52,136 bases of DNA from Chloroflexota bacterium (GTDB lineage Bacteria; Chloroflexota; UBA11872; UBA12225; JAJDUF01): assembly GCA_022824545.1 (NCBI GenBank), contig JAJDZR010000271.1:1-52136 (forward strand). The letters run 5' to 3'. Both the position numbers and the translations under genes were made by a program. Shown one piece after another: positions 44,104-52,136 of the stretch (positions within the stretch are counted from its first letter, which is position 1; every line of letters starts with the position of its first letter). The notes below the pieces were generated by a model. The model worked only from the letters and a program-made list of their open reading frames with translations, ran no database searches and had not been told where the DNA came from.

Positions 44104-45454
44104 GTCCCACCTCCGCTTCCGCTGCGACTTCATCCAGGTCATCCGGGTCGAACAACGTCGGACCGCTCACGTCGGTCTGCAACGCGCGGAGGGCCGTCTG
44201 CACGATGCGTAGTCCGTAAGCGAAGTCCTTCTCCGGACCGAGGTTGGGATCGCCGCAGACGTGCTCGATGCGGGCGCCCCGGATGACCCGGTTGGCGCCG
44301 GTCGTGAGCGGGAGACCGTGAATAGCGGAGATCATCGCCACCGGGATGCCGTGCCGTTCGATTTCCTTTGCCATCGTTGCGCCGCAACGATTACAGGTCC
44401 CTCAGGTGGCCACTAAGAAGCAGCCGTCGGCACCGCCTTCGCGTAGCTCAGTGCCGAGCTGGTCGCCGAAAGCCTGGGACTTGTCAACGGGCGTCGCCAC
44501 GCCGGGCATGGTGAAGAGGTCGGGAAAGACGCCGCCGATGACGCCTTCCGCTTCAAGGTAGCGGAGATGGCGTAGGGGGCAGATGTAGTTCGGGTTCTCG
44601 CTCGAGGTACCGTTGAAGTAGCCGCCGTGGAAGGCTTCCCAATCGTCGGGAGTCAACGTGAACCGGCCCTCGACGGAGTAGCGGTAGTAGCGGTGCGGAT
44701 TGCCGTTGAGCTGCCGTTCGGGGTTGCCCTTGGGGATCAGCCCGCCGGTACTCACCAGGGCGATCTGCGCGCTCCGCAGGTCGGCGATGGGCGCCGCCGG
44801 TACCACGCGCTCCGGCACTTGGATCGGCACCTCGGTCTGGAAGGGCTGGCCGTTCAACTTCGCCACGAGCATGTCGAGCGCCCGCTGGTAGCCTGGCGCT
44901 TCCCGCTGGCTGAACACCCGCAATCCGCGCGGCAGGTAGCTCTCCGCCGCGGCCGGTCCCAAGTCCTCGCCGCGCCCGAGCTTCAGCGCGAGGCGCGCCA
45001 TGGCTGCCAGCGCCGCTTGCATGTCCAGCGGCCTATCGCTGGTCGGCACGGCCACCATATGCAGGCGCTCCCCGGCCAAACCGGGGTTTTCCGGGTACAT
45101 GCCGGTCACGGCGGGAATGCCTAGCTCGTGCGCGATCCGGCACACCAGACTGCACGCGAGGCCGTAACGCCCGGCATTGAACGCCGGCCCGGCGACCAGC
45201 ACGTCCGGCTGCCACTCGGTCAGCGCCGTCCGCAGCGCCGCCTGCGCGGCATCGCCCTCCTCGTTGACGTAACTATCGCCGCCGATCAGCGTAGCGACGA
45301 TGTCGCCTTGGCCAGCGAGTTGGACCTGCAGGGCGCGACCGGGGCCAGCCGCGCCCGCTCGCGCCTCGACCGGATGACCGGCCTGCTCCTCACCGCCGAT
45401 CCCGGCAAAGAACTGGTTCAGGTAATGGACGACGCGCACCTTGGTATCAGTCAT
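44093..45454 (-). CDS. grdB: Glycine/sarcosine/betaine reductase component B selenoprotein (GrdB/GrdF/GrdH family); in-frame UGA (Sec) at 44402-44404
   Basis: VRVVHYLNQFFAGIGGEE...CFLVAT-U-GTCNRCGATMAKEIERHGIPV. Track ORFs 44402-45508 and 44093-44374 are in the same frame, separated only by the TGA and 9 sense codons. Confidence 0.9.
44373..44391 (-). promoter_or_regulatory. Candidate SECIS stem-loop 10 nt downstream of the grdB UGA
   Basis: mRNA AUCGUUGC-GGC-GCAACGAU, an 8-bp perfect stem with a G-rich apex. Confidence 0.45.
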
Positions 45455-45618
45455 GTACGCACTCCCTTGCCCACGATTCACCATTGGGTCCTGGTGGGTG
45501 TGTCTCAACTACCGGCGCCTGCCGGTGAATATTCTACTGGAATCGACACCCGGCACACAGCGTAAGGGACATGCCCGCTGTAGAATCCGGGCAGCAACAC
45601 GACGCTACGAGGCAAGCG

Positions 45619-46887
45619 ATGACTGATGGCACCATGAGCCGCGCCGCACTCACTCCCCACGCCGCGCCGCTGGCGCAGGACTATACAGTGGTGCGGCACA
45701 TTGCCGATCCCGATGTGTTCACGGCAACGCCAGCACTGCTCCGGCTATCCAGCGGCCGGCTGTTATGCAGCTTTTCGCTGGTGACGCGGGTCGGACGGGC
45801 GCCGGGTCACCCGGAGCGGGCGCTGGGGACGTATTTCTATACGAGCGACGACGGCGGTCGGACGTGGGAGGAGACCGGATCGGTAGCCCTCGACGACGGG
45901 CTGGTCTTCATTCACCGCGACCGGCTGTATCTGCTGTGCAACCGGCCGGGCCGCGGAGACATCGTGGTGACGGCCAGCGATGATGAAGGCGCGAGCTGGC
46001 GGGAGCCGGTGACGCTGTTTGCGGGGCGCTTCTGGAATACGTTCACGCCCCATGCCGTTCGCGACGACACCTTGTACTGGGCGTTGGGGGCGCCGAATGC
46101 CGGCGGCAACTTCAATCGTACCGGATCGCGGATCGTCGTCGTGGCCGGTGACCTGGCAGCCGATGACTTGCTGGACCGGTCCCGCTGGCGGATTTCGCCA
46201 TATCTCGCATACCCTGGCACACCGGCCGGCCTCAGCGCCGGGCTACGCGATGACGTCGCGCAGGGCGAGGTGTATCCGGCCGACGGTGATGATCTGGTGA
46301 CATCGTTTCCGGGCCGGCCAGCGGACCACGGCGATCACTGGCTGGAGCCGAACGTCGTCAACGTCAACGGCCGCATCCGCGTTTTCGTCCGGCTCCGCAT
46401 TGACCGCCAGACGACCGCGCACCTCTGCGCCGTGTGTGACGTGGCCGACGACGGCGAGGAGATCGAGCTGCGTTTTACGCAACTTCATCCGTTGCCAGGC
46501 AACTGCTACTTCCACATTATCCGGGATGAGCCACAAGGATACTACTGGGCAGCAACCAGCCTGCCGACGCGCACGCAGGACCTGGAGTGGGGACGGGAGA
46601 TGGCGGCGCGGGGGCTGCTGAAGGGACGCGCCGGCAACGAGCGCCGGTTTCTGATGCTGATGTATAGCCTGGACGCGCTGAACTGGTTTCCGGCCGGCTG
46701 TATTGCCATGTGGCCCAGCCCAGGACAGGGCTTCCAATACAACGCGCTCCTCGTTGACGGAGATGACCTGCTGGTGTCGTCGCGCACCGCGAAAAACGCG
46801 CCCAATCAGCATGACAACGATCTGGTGACCATCCACCGTGTCCGCGATTTCCGCGCGCTGGCGCTGAACCTCCATCCGGTAGTCTGA
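45619..46887 (+). CDS. BNR/Asp-box repeat (sialidase-like) protein; start uncertain (45571 or 45619)
   Basis: Asp-boxes TSDDGGRTW and ASDDEGASW. GAGG 6 nt before the ATG at 45619. Confidence 0.7.
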   Translation: MTDGTMSRAALTPHAAPLAQDYTVVRHIADPDVFTATPALLRLSSGRLLCSFSLVTRVGRAPGHPERALGTYFYTSDDGGRTWEETGSVALDDGLVFIHRDRLYLLCNRPGRGDIVVTASDDEGASWREPVTLFAGRFWNTFTPHAVRDDTLYWALGAPNAGGNFNRTGSRIVVVAGDLAADDLLDRSRWRISPYLAYPGTPAGLSAGLRDDVAQGEVYPADGDDLVTSFPGRPADHGDHWLEPNVVNVNGRIRVFVRLRIDRQTTAHLCAVCDVADDGEEIELRFTQLHPLPGNCYFHIIRDEPQGYYWAATSLPTRTQDLEWGREMAARGLLKGRAGNERRFLMLMYSLDALNWFPAGCIAMWPSPGQGFQYNALLVDGDDLLVSSRTAKNAPNQHDNDLVTIHRVRDFRALALNLHPVV

Positions 46888-46908
46888 TCGGCAGAGGAAT
46901 ACGACACC

Positions 46909-47550
46909 ATGTACATCCCCAAGGCATTCCAAGTGTCGGACAGTCGAGTGCTGGCGGAGTTCATCGCCAGCAACAGCTTTGCGACGCTCATCAGCTCAGT
47001 GCAGGGCAGCCTTTTCGCGACCCACTTGCCGCTGATCCTCGAACAGTACCGATCATCGCCGGGAATGCTCCTGGGACACATGGCCCGCGCTAATCGGCAC
47101 TGGCGCGCATTCGACGGGCAGCAGGAAGCGTTAGCGATTTTCCACGGGCCTCACGCTTACATTTCGCCGAGTTGGTATGCCTCGTCGTCACCGGCCGTAC
47201 CCACATGGAACTACGCTGTAGTGCATGTGTACGGTGTGCCGCGCGTCGTTGCTGACGAGCAATGGCTCTCCGACTTTGTTGATCGGTTGGTGAGCATCTA
47301 CGAGGCCGACAAGCCGCGGCCATGGCCAGGGATACTGCCCGCAGACCTCAGAGCCAGCCTCTTGACATCCATCGTAGGCTTTACGATGGACATCACGCGG
47401 GTTGAGGGCAAGTTCAAACTCGGCCAGAACCGGTCGCTCGACGATCAGCGTGCAATGGTGCAGCATCTTGAGGCACAGGCGGATCCAGTTGCCCAGGTGC
47501 TAGGGAAACTCACGAAGCAGCGGTTTAACCAGCACGCTCAGACTGGCTAG
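46909..47550 (+). CDS. paiB: FMN-binding negative transcriptional regulator, PaiB family
   Basis: MYIPKAFQVSD...FATLIS...ATHLPL, YISPSWY, KFKLGQNR are PaiB signatures. Confidence 0.85.
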   Translation: MYIPKAFQVSDSRVLAEFIASNSFATLISSVQGSLFATHLPLILEQYRSSPGMLLGHMARANRHWRAFDGQQEALAIFHGPHAYISPSWYASSSPAVPTWNYAVVHVYGVPRVVADEQWLSDFVDRLVSIYEADKPRPWPGILPADLRASLLTSIVGFTMDITRVEGKFKLGQNRSLDDQRAMVQHLEAQADPVAQVLGKLTKQRFNQHAQTG

Positions 47551-47987
47551 GGTAACGCTTCAGGTGTGAGCACGGTCAACCCGTACTGGGCGAAGTGGCG
47601 GTCGAAGGCCAAGGCGTGAGTAATCCCCAGGCGCTCCATCACCGCAAAGCTGGTGGCATCCGTGAGTGAGAAGCCCTTATCTGCGTACTGAAAGATAATC
47701 GCCATGGCGCGCTGCTCGTCAGCGACCGTGACTCGCTCGATCCGCGTGGTGCTCTGGGACAGTTGCCGCAGGAAGGCGGTCGCATGGGGCTGGCCGAGGC
47801 GGGACAGAAAGAGCGCGTGTGTTTCGGCGATAATGAAATTCGTGGTGACGGGTAGCCAGTAGTGGTCGGACAGCCACGCCCAGCACGTGCGGGCCTCCTG
47901 GTAATGGGCATCGCGGGGTTGAATCAGCGCCAAGAAGCCGGAGCTATCCAGAAACACCCGATGGGAGCCGGTCGTGGTGATGCTCAC
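47547..47987 (-). CDS. vapC: PIN-domain VapC toxin
   Basis: VFLDSSGFLAL, IIAETH, SLTDATSFAVMERLGI, AFDRHF. GTG start overlaps the antitoxin stop (GTGA). Confidence 0.85.
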   Translation of the reverse strand: MSITTTGSHRVFLDSSGFLALIQPRDAHYQEARTCWAWLSDHYWLPVTTNFIIAETHALFLSRLGQPHATAFLRQLSQSTTRIERVTVADEQRAMAIIFQYADKGFSLTDATSFAVMERLGITHALAFDRHFAQYGLTVLTPEALP

Positions 47988-48277
47988 GGCTGGGGTGTAT
48001 ATGCCTCCGCTAAGTACTCGTGCTTCTTGGCGGCATCCGTGGGCGGCGCATCCGTCGCGGAGCCGACAAGCTCCCAGAGCGGATCGTCCCTGGTAAGCGG
48101 TTGGTCTTCACGGTGAGCAGGCGGTGCCACTGCGACCTGATAGCGCGTGCCGCTACGCTCGACGATGACCGGCTCGCCTTGAATAGTGAGCCGATCCAGG
48201 ATCGCCGCGGGATCGCGTACAAACTCCTCAAAGGGAATGGTCGTGTGGGTGGGCTGCGCTGCGCTCGCCTTTTGCAT
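47984..48277 (-). CDS. Type II antitoxin (Phd/YefM-like) of the adjacent VapC
   Basis: MQKASAAQPTHTTIPFEEFVRDPAAILDRLTIQGEPVIVERSGTRYQVAV. Start chosen at the internal ATG, 6 nt after a TATAAT box. Coordinates follow the ORF track frame. Confidence 0.7.
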   Translation of the reverse strand: MQKASAAQPTHTTIPFEEFVRDPAAILDRLTIQGEPVIVERSGTRYQVAVAPPAHREDQPLTRDDPLWELVGSATDAPPTDAAKKHEYLAEAYTPQP

Positions 48278-48283
48278 AGGACG

Positions 48284-48289
48284 ATTATA
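48284..48289 (-). promoter_or_regulatory. Extended -10 promoter (TGcTATAAT) 6 nt upstream of the antitoxin ATG (leaderless-type)
   Basis: Minus-strand sequence atgcTATAATcgtcctATG. Confidence 0.4.
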
Positions 48290-48379
48290 GCATGATGCCG
48301 GCGCGGGCGCACTGCCGGCTATCGTTGGTCGCTGGGTTGCGTATGTTACACTGGGGAGCGAAGCGAATACGGTAGGTGT

Positions 48380-48661
48380 TGACGAGGACACGTCCTGGTC
48401 CGGTGGCGCGGCAGAGAGGGGAGGCCACCGGCTGCAAGCCTCCCATGGAGATGAGGCCGGGATACCGCCTCCGAGCCGGTCGGCTGAAGGCGAGCGGTCC
48501 GCGCTAGAGCGGAACGGCGCTGCTGCGTAAGCCGACCCCGGTGGCTCTGGATAGCAGCCGGCGAGTGCGCCACGCTTGCCCGGCCGGGCAGTGCGGCGAA
48601 TTCGGGTGGAACCGCGCGAGGCCGTGCCTCCCGTCCCGAAAGGGCGGGGGGTGTTTTGTTT
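48380..48661 (+). promoter_or_regulatory. T-box riboswitch leader (tRNA-Thr sensing) upstream of thrS
   Basis: T-box core AAUUCGGGUGGAACCGCG at 48599-48616. Terminator cctcccgtccc-GAAA-gggcgggggg at 48627-48651 plus tgttttgttt. AGAGA-containing stem upstream. ACC (Thr) codon candidates at about 48426 and 48463. Possible promoter TTACAC-N16-TACGGT at 48346-48373. Confidence 0.7.
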
Positions 48662-48754
48662 GGCTACTGGTCCAGTTGGCGCAGAGACGACTAATACGAC
48701 AGGTCGGTGCGATGAACCCTGCGATCACCGAGCAGTGGGCAATAGAGGTGGCTT

Positions 48755-48925
48755 CCCCGGCCGTTCACCGCGGCCGGGGCGCGACCACGTGCTAGACAAC
48801 GGTGACGTTGCCTAGTCGTGCCCGCAAGAGGAGACCTTTGCGTAACCCGTCATTCCCGCGAAAGCGGGAATCCACCCCCCTCACCCCCGGCCCCCTCTCC
48901 ATCGCAGAGGGGGCCGGGGGTGAGG
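48755..48925. repeat. GC-rich palindromic elements inserted between the T-box terminator and the thrS start
   Basis: ccccggccg/cggccgggg hairpin (48755-48779); attcccgcgaaagcgggaat (48852-48871, identical to 2303-2322); cctcacccccggccccctct...agagggggccgggggtgagg (48879-48925). Confidence 0.6.
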
Positions 48926-48966
48926 CAAGACACCCCATATCCTGAAATCAGAGATAGGAGATTGCG

Positions 48967-50814
48967 ATGAGTAAGAACGACGCTGGTGAGGGCGCTGCGG
49001 CGCCGAGCGATAGGCCGATTCCACCGGATACGCTGCGGCATTCTGCTGCACACGTGATGGCGGAGGCGGTGCAGCAAATCTGGCCGAACGCGAAGTTCGG
49101 CATTGGGCCGCCGATTACCGACGGCTTCTACTATGACTTCGACCTGCCCCGGCCGCTGACGCCGGATGACCTGGCTCAAATCGAGCGCCGGATGCGGCGG
49201 ATTATCAAGGCCAACCTGCCCTTTTCGACCCAGGAGATCGAGGGCGCGGCGGCCAAGCAGTTCTTCCGAGAGCGCGAACAGCCGTATAAGCTGGAGCTAA
49301 TCGAGGCGCTGACGGCCGGCGAGGCGAGCGGTGAGGTGGCCGACTCGCCGGATGCCGCCGGTGTGCAGGCGGGCAAAGTGCAGCTTTACCAGCAGGGTAA
49401 GTTTCTCGACCTGTGCGGTGGGCCGCACGTCGCGCGCACGGGGCAGATCGGGCCGTTCAAGCTGCTGCGCGTCGCTGGCGCTTACTGGCGTGGCGACGAA
49501 AACCGCCCGCAGCTACAGCGCATCTACGGGACGGCCTGGCATACCCAGCAAGAGCTTGACGACTACCTGTGGAAGCTCGAAGAGGCGCGCCGACGCGATC
49601 ACCGCCGCCTCGGCACCGACTTGGGGCTGTTCTTCTTCAACGAGCAGGTCGGCGGCGGCCTGCCGCTCTGGGAGCCGGACGGCGCAATCCTGCGGAGCGT
49701 GTCCGAGGACTTCTGGAAGGAAGAGCATCGCAAGTGGGGCTATGAGTACGTCTATTCGCCGCATATCGGCACGGCGGATCTGTGGTCAAGCTCCGGTCAC
49801 TTGGAGTTCTTCCGGGACGCGATGTACGCGCCGATTGACATTGACCAGCAGCAATTCCTTCTCAAGCCGATGAACTGCCCTTTCCACGTGCAGGTCTACC
49901 GGCGCCGGCTGCGCTCGTACCGCGAGTTGCCGGTGCGATATTGCGAGCTGGGCACGGTCTATCGCTACGAGCGGGCCGGCGTGCTGCACGGCCTGCTGCG
50001 CGTGCGCGGCTTTACGCAGGACGACTCGCACATCTTCTGCCGGCCCGATCAGCTTGAAGACGAGATCAACGGCGTACTCGATCTCGGCCTGCACCTGCTG
50101 CGCTCGTTCGGCTTTCACGAGTACGAGATCGAACTTTCCGTGCGCGATCCGAACAACCTGGACCAGTACATGGGTGGCGACAAGGAGTGGGAGCAGGCCG
50201 AGGGCGCGCTGCGGCGTGCCCTCGAAGGGCACGATCTCGACTTCCACGTTGCCGAGGGCGAGGCGGTCTTTTACGCACCAAAGATTGATATTCACCTGCT
50301 CGACTCGCTCGGCCGCACGTGGCAATGTACAACTATCCAGGTGGACTTCAACCTCCCGGAGCGTTTCGATCTGGGCTACATCGGCGAGGACGGCGCCGAG
50401 CACCGGCCCTTCATGGTCCATCGCGCGCTGCTCGGCTCGCTGGAACGGTTTCTCGGCACGCTGATCGAGCACTACGGGGGCGCCTTCCCGCTGTGGCTGG
50501 CACCCGTGCAGGCCATCGTGCTACCCATCGCCGACCGCCACAACGCTTACGCGGCGGAAGTGGCAGCGGCGATGGAGCAGGCCGGTCTGCGCGCGCGAGT
50601 AGATAACCGCTCGCAGCGTATCGGAGCGAAAATACGGGAAGCGCAACTCCAGAAAATTCCGTATATGCTCGTCGTCGGCGACCGGGAGGCGGCGGCGCAG
50701 CAGGTGGCAGTACGCCAGCGCAGCGGGCAGGATCGCGGGACGGTCGCGCTGCCGGAGGTCATTGCCGTCATGCAGCGCGAAGTCGCAGAGAAAACGAGCG
50801 AGCCGCTGCTGTAG
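48967..50814 (+). CDS. thrS: Threonine--tRNA ligase (appears to lack the N-terminal TGS domain)
   Basis: [13 protein letters not shown] (editing-domain HxxxH) already at residue ~25. Class II motifs [35 protein letters not shown]. Anticodon-binding C-terminus. Confidence 0.95.
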   Translation: MSKNDAGEGAAAPSDRPIPPDTLRHSAAHVMAEAVQQIWPNAKFGIGPPITDGFYYDFDLPRPLTPDDLAQIERRMRRIIKANLPFSTQEIEGAAAKQFFREREQPYKLELIEALTAGEASGEVADSPDAAGVQAGKVQLYQQGKFLDLCGGPHVARTGQIGPFKLLRVAGAYWRGDENRPQLQRIYGTAWHTQQELDDYLWKLEEARRRDHRRLGTDLGLFFFNEQVGGGLPLWEPDGAILRSVSEDFWKEEHRKWGYEYVYSPHIGTADLWSSSGHLEFFRDAMYAPIDIDQQQFLLKPMNCPFHVQVYRRRLRSYRELPVRYCELGTVYRYERAGVLHGLLRVRGFTQDDSHIFCRPDQLEDEINGVLDLGLHLLRSFGFHEYEIELSVRDPNNLDQYMGGDKEWEQAEGALRRALEGHDLDFHVAEGEAVFYAPKIDIHLLDSLGRTWQCTTIQVDFNLPERFDLGYIGEDGAEHRPFMVHRALLGSLERFLGTLIEHYGGAFPLWLAPVQAIVLPIADRHNAYAAEVAAAMEQAGLRARVDNRSQRIGAKIREAQLQKIPYMLVVGDREAAAQQVAVRQRSGQDRGTVALPEVIAVMQREVAEKTSEPLL

Positions 50815-50855
50815 TAAAATAGTTGCAGAGCACACCAAACCCGAGGAGACGGCTT

Positions 50856-51905
50856 GTGAAAAAGATACCGGTAGGTATTCTGGCTGCGACGGGCATTGTC
50901 GGGCAGCGGTTTATCCAGCTGCTTGCCGACCATCCGTGGTTCGAGATCACGGCGGTCGCCGCCTCGGAGCGCAGCGCCGGTAAGCGTTACGCCGACGCGG
51001 TGCATTGGCTGCTACCGACACCGATCCCGGAGCGGGTGGCCGACATGACGGTGGTCGAGAGCCGGCCACCGCTCGACTGCGCGCTCGTGTTTTCTGCGCT
51101 GCCGTCGGACGTGGCGCGGGAGGTCGAGCCGGCGTTTGCCGCGGCCGGCTACGTCGTCAGCAGCAACGCCAGCGCCTATCGCCAGGAGCCGGACGTGCCG
51201 CTGTTGATCCCGGAGGTCAACCCGGACCACCTCGGCTTGCTGCCGTCGCAGCAGAAGAGTCGCGGCTGGGATCACGGCTGCCTGGTGACGAACCCCAACT
51301 GCTCGACGATAACGCTGGTGATGGCACTCAAGCCGCTGGTTGACGCCTTCGGGGTCGAGCAGGTCATCGTCACCACGATGCAAGCGACTTCCGGCGCCGG
51401 TTATCCGGGTGTGCCGTCGCTCGACGTGATTGACAACGTGCTCCCGCACACCGATGGCGAGGAGCCGAAGATGGAATGGGAGCCGCTGAAGCTGCTCGGT
51501 TCGCTGAACGGGGTGGAGATCACGCTGGCGGACCTGCCGATCAGCGCCCACTGCCATCGCGTAGCCGTCTGGGACGGGCATACGGAGGCCGTCTCGGTCA
51601 AGCTCGGTCGCCGGGCGACGGCCGACGAGCTACGGCAGGTGCTGCACGACTTCCGGGGCTTGCCGCAGGAGTTGGGACTGCCGAGTGCGCCGGAGCGGCC
51701 CTTGTCGGTGCCGGCGGCAGAGAATCGACCGCAGCCGCGTCTGGACCGCGATGCTGCCGGTGGCATGGCGACGGCGGTAGGCCGCATCCGGCCCTGCCCG
51801 ATCCTCGACTGGAAACTGCTGGTGGTCGGCCACAATACGGTCCGCGGCGCTGCCGGGGCCGCCATCCTGAACGCCGAGCTGATGAAAGCACAGGGTTACC
51901 TGTAA
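50856..51905 (+). CDS. asd: Aspartate-semialdehyde dehydrogenase
   Basis: [24 protein letters not shown] (active-site Cys), [12 protein letters not shown] at 50856, 8 nt after GAGGAG. Confidence 0.9.
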   Translation: MKKIPVGILAATGIVGQRFIQLLADHPWFEITAVAASERSAGKRYADAVHWLLPTPIPERVADMTVVESRPPLDCALVFSALPSDVAREVEPAFAAAGYVVSSNASAYRQEPDVPLLIPEVNPDHLGLLPSQQKSRGWDHGCLVTNPNCSTITLVMALKPLVDAFGVEQVIVTTMQATSGAGYPGVPSLDVIDNVLPHTDGEEPKMEWEPLKLLGSLNGVEITLADLPISAHCHRVAVWDGHTEAVSVKLGRRATADELRQVLHDFRGLPQELGLPSAPERPLSVPAAENRPQPRLDRDAAGGMATAVGRIRPCPILDWKLLVVGHNTVRGAAGAAILNAELMKAQGYL

Positions 51906-52006
51906 CGGCGCTGGTGCCGCCGTGTGACGTCGGTGTGTATCGAGTTGCTTCTGCACCAGGATAGGTTACGGACGCTCCGTGCCAGGACCTGCGGGAGCCG
52001 GAAGTG

Positions 52007-52136
52007 CTACTTCTCTTTCCCAGTTGACGGATCTTCCTGCATCAACTCCTGCAGGACGGCCTCTTTGACCTGTGCCTGAAATTCCCAGGGTAGGTCCATG
52101 GCGGCCTCAATTGCCGTCTGTGCCGCGTAGCTAACG
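52007..52136 (-). CDS. 3' end of an unidentified CDS running in from beyond the window
   Basis: The open frame on the minus strand ends ...MDLPWEFQAQVKEAVLQELMQEDPSTGKEK with stop TAG at 52007-52009. Too short to classify. Confidence 0.3.
   Translation of the reverse strand, partial: VSYAAQTAIEAAMDLPWEFQAQVKEAVLQELMQEDPSTGKEK

Noticed and set aside
45455-45570. Possible glycine riboswitch upstream of grdB
   Set aside because: Only ~115 nt are available. The conserved glycine-aptamer elements (GGAGAG...CACCG...CUCUGGAGAG...ACCGAAGGGGCAA) are not visible. Only a small accggc/gccggt hairpin and a TAGAAT box are seen.
48240-48301. Apparent 1-nt offset between my hand-indexing of the printed sequence and the ORF-track frames around 48241-48300
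   Set aside because: Most likely my own reading or indexing slip on one line. The ORF-track coordinates are internally consistent, so I used them for the antitoxin and its -10 box (possible error of 1 nt).
48661-48750. tRNA-like fragment (tggtccagttggcgcagag...ggtgcgatgaaccctgcgatcacc) downstream of the T-box terminator
   Set aside because: I could not build a cloverleaf. There is no complementary acceptor stem and no proper T-arm (GGTTCGAAT-type loop with a 5-bp stem).

Overview
High-GC (by eye, roughly two-thirds G+C) bacterial chromosomal window. It is densely coding and mostly metabolic or housekeeping. A T-box leader on thrS, leaderless-type promoters and many GC-rich palindromic intergenic repeats suggest a Chloroflexota/Thermomicrobia-like organism, but that is inference only.

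Recognisable genes, left to right:
- amt (3' end), a Tat-lipoprotein ABC solute-binding protein, and a PhyH dioxygenase.
- A Phd/VapC toxin-antitoxin (TA) pair.
- A DapA-family lyase, then two carbon-nitrogen hydrolases flanking a sulfatase.
- A SAM methyltransferase and a MrfA/YprA-type DEAD-box helicase with DUF1998.
- pdxA, an MGDG-synthase-like glycosyltransferase, a GAF/HD-GYP protein and a GNAT.
- An SDR, pgi, moeA and a B12-binding radical SAM protein.
- A DUF433/DUF5615 TA pair.
- A sugar/nucleoside-type cluster: nucleoside phosphorylase, two Gfo/Idh/MocA enzymes, an aldo-keto reductase, a D-aminoacylase, a TIM-barrel isomerase, a kinase-like phosphotransferase, a BNR protein and a ThDP enzyme.
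- PaiB, a second VapC TA pair, T-box-controlled thrS, and asd.

Four things stand out:
1. A visibly lower-GC two-gene module at 14427-16246. It is an ABC/AAA_21-like ATPase translationally coupled (GTGA) to a small TOPRIM-like (DUF4276-like) protein, i.e. a split OLD/PARIS/AbiL-like architecture. It is my best candidate for an uncharacterised anti-phage or anti-mobile-element system.
2. A minus-strand glycine/sarcosine/betaine-reductase cluster, grdB-grdE-grdC-grdA (40762-45454). Both selenoprotein genes carry in-frame UGA codons, which split them in the ORF track. The cluster has no grdD or thioredoxin genes nearby.
3. A strongly AT-shifted orphan gene for a 2-TM protein, followed by a tiny basic Pro-rich ORF (31989-32847).
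4. Families of dispersed GC-rich palindromic repeats. They sit after stop codons, supply the 3' end of the helicase CDS, and are inserted between the thrS T-box terminator and the thrS start codon.

No rRNA, tRNA, CRISPR array, transposase or integrase was recognised. Every call comes from reading the sequence and motif memory. No searches were run.
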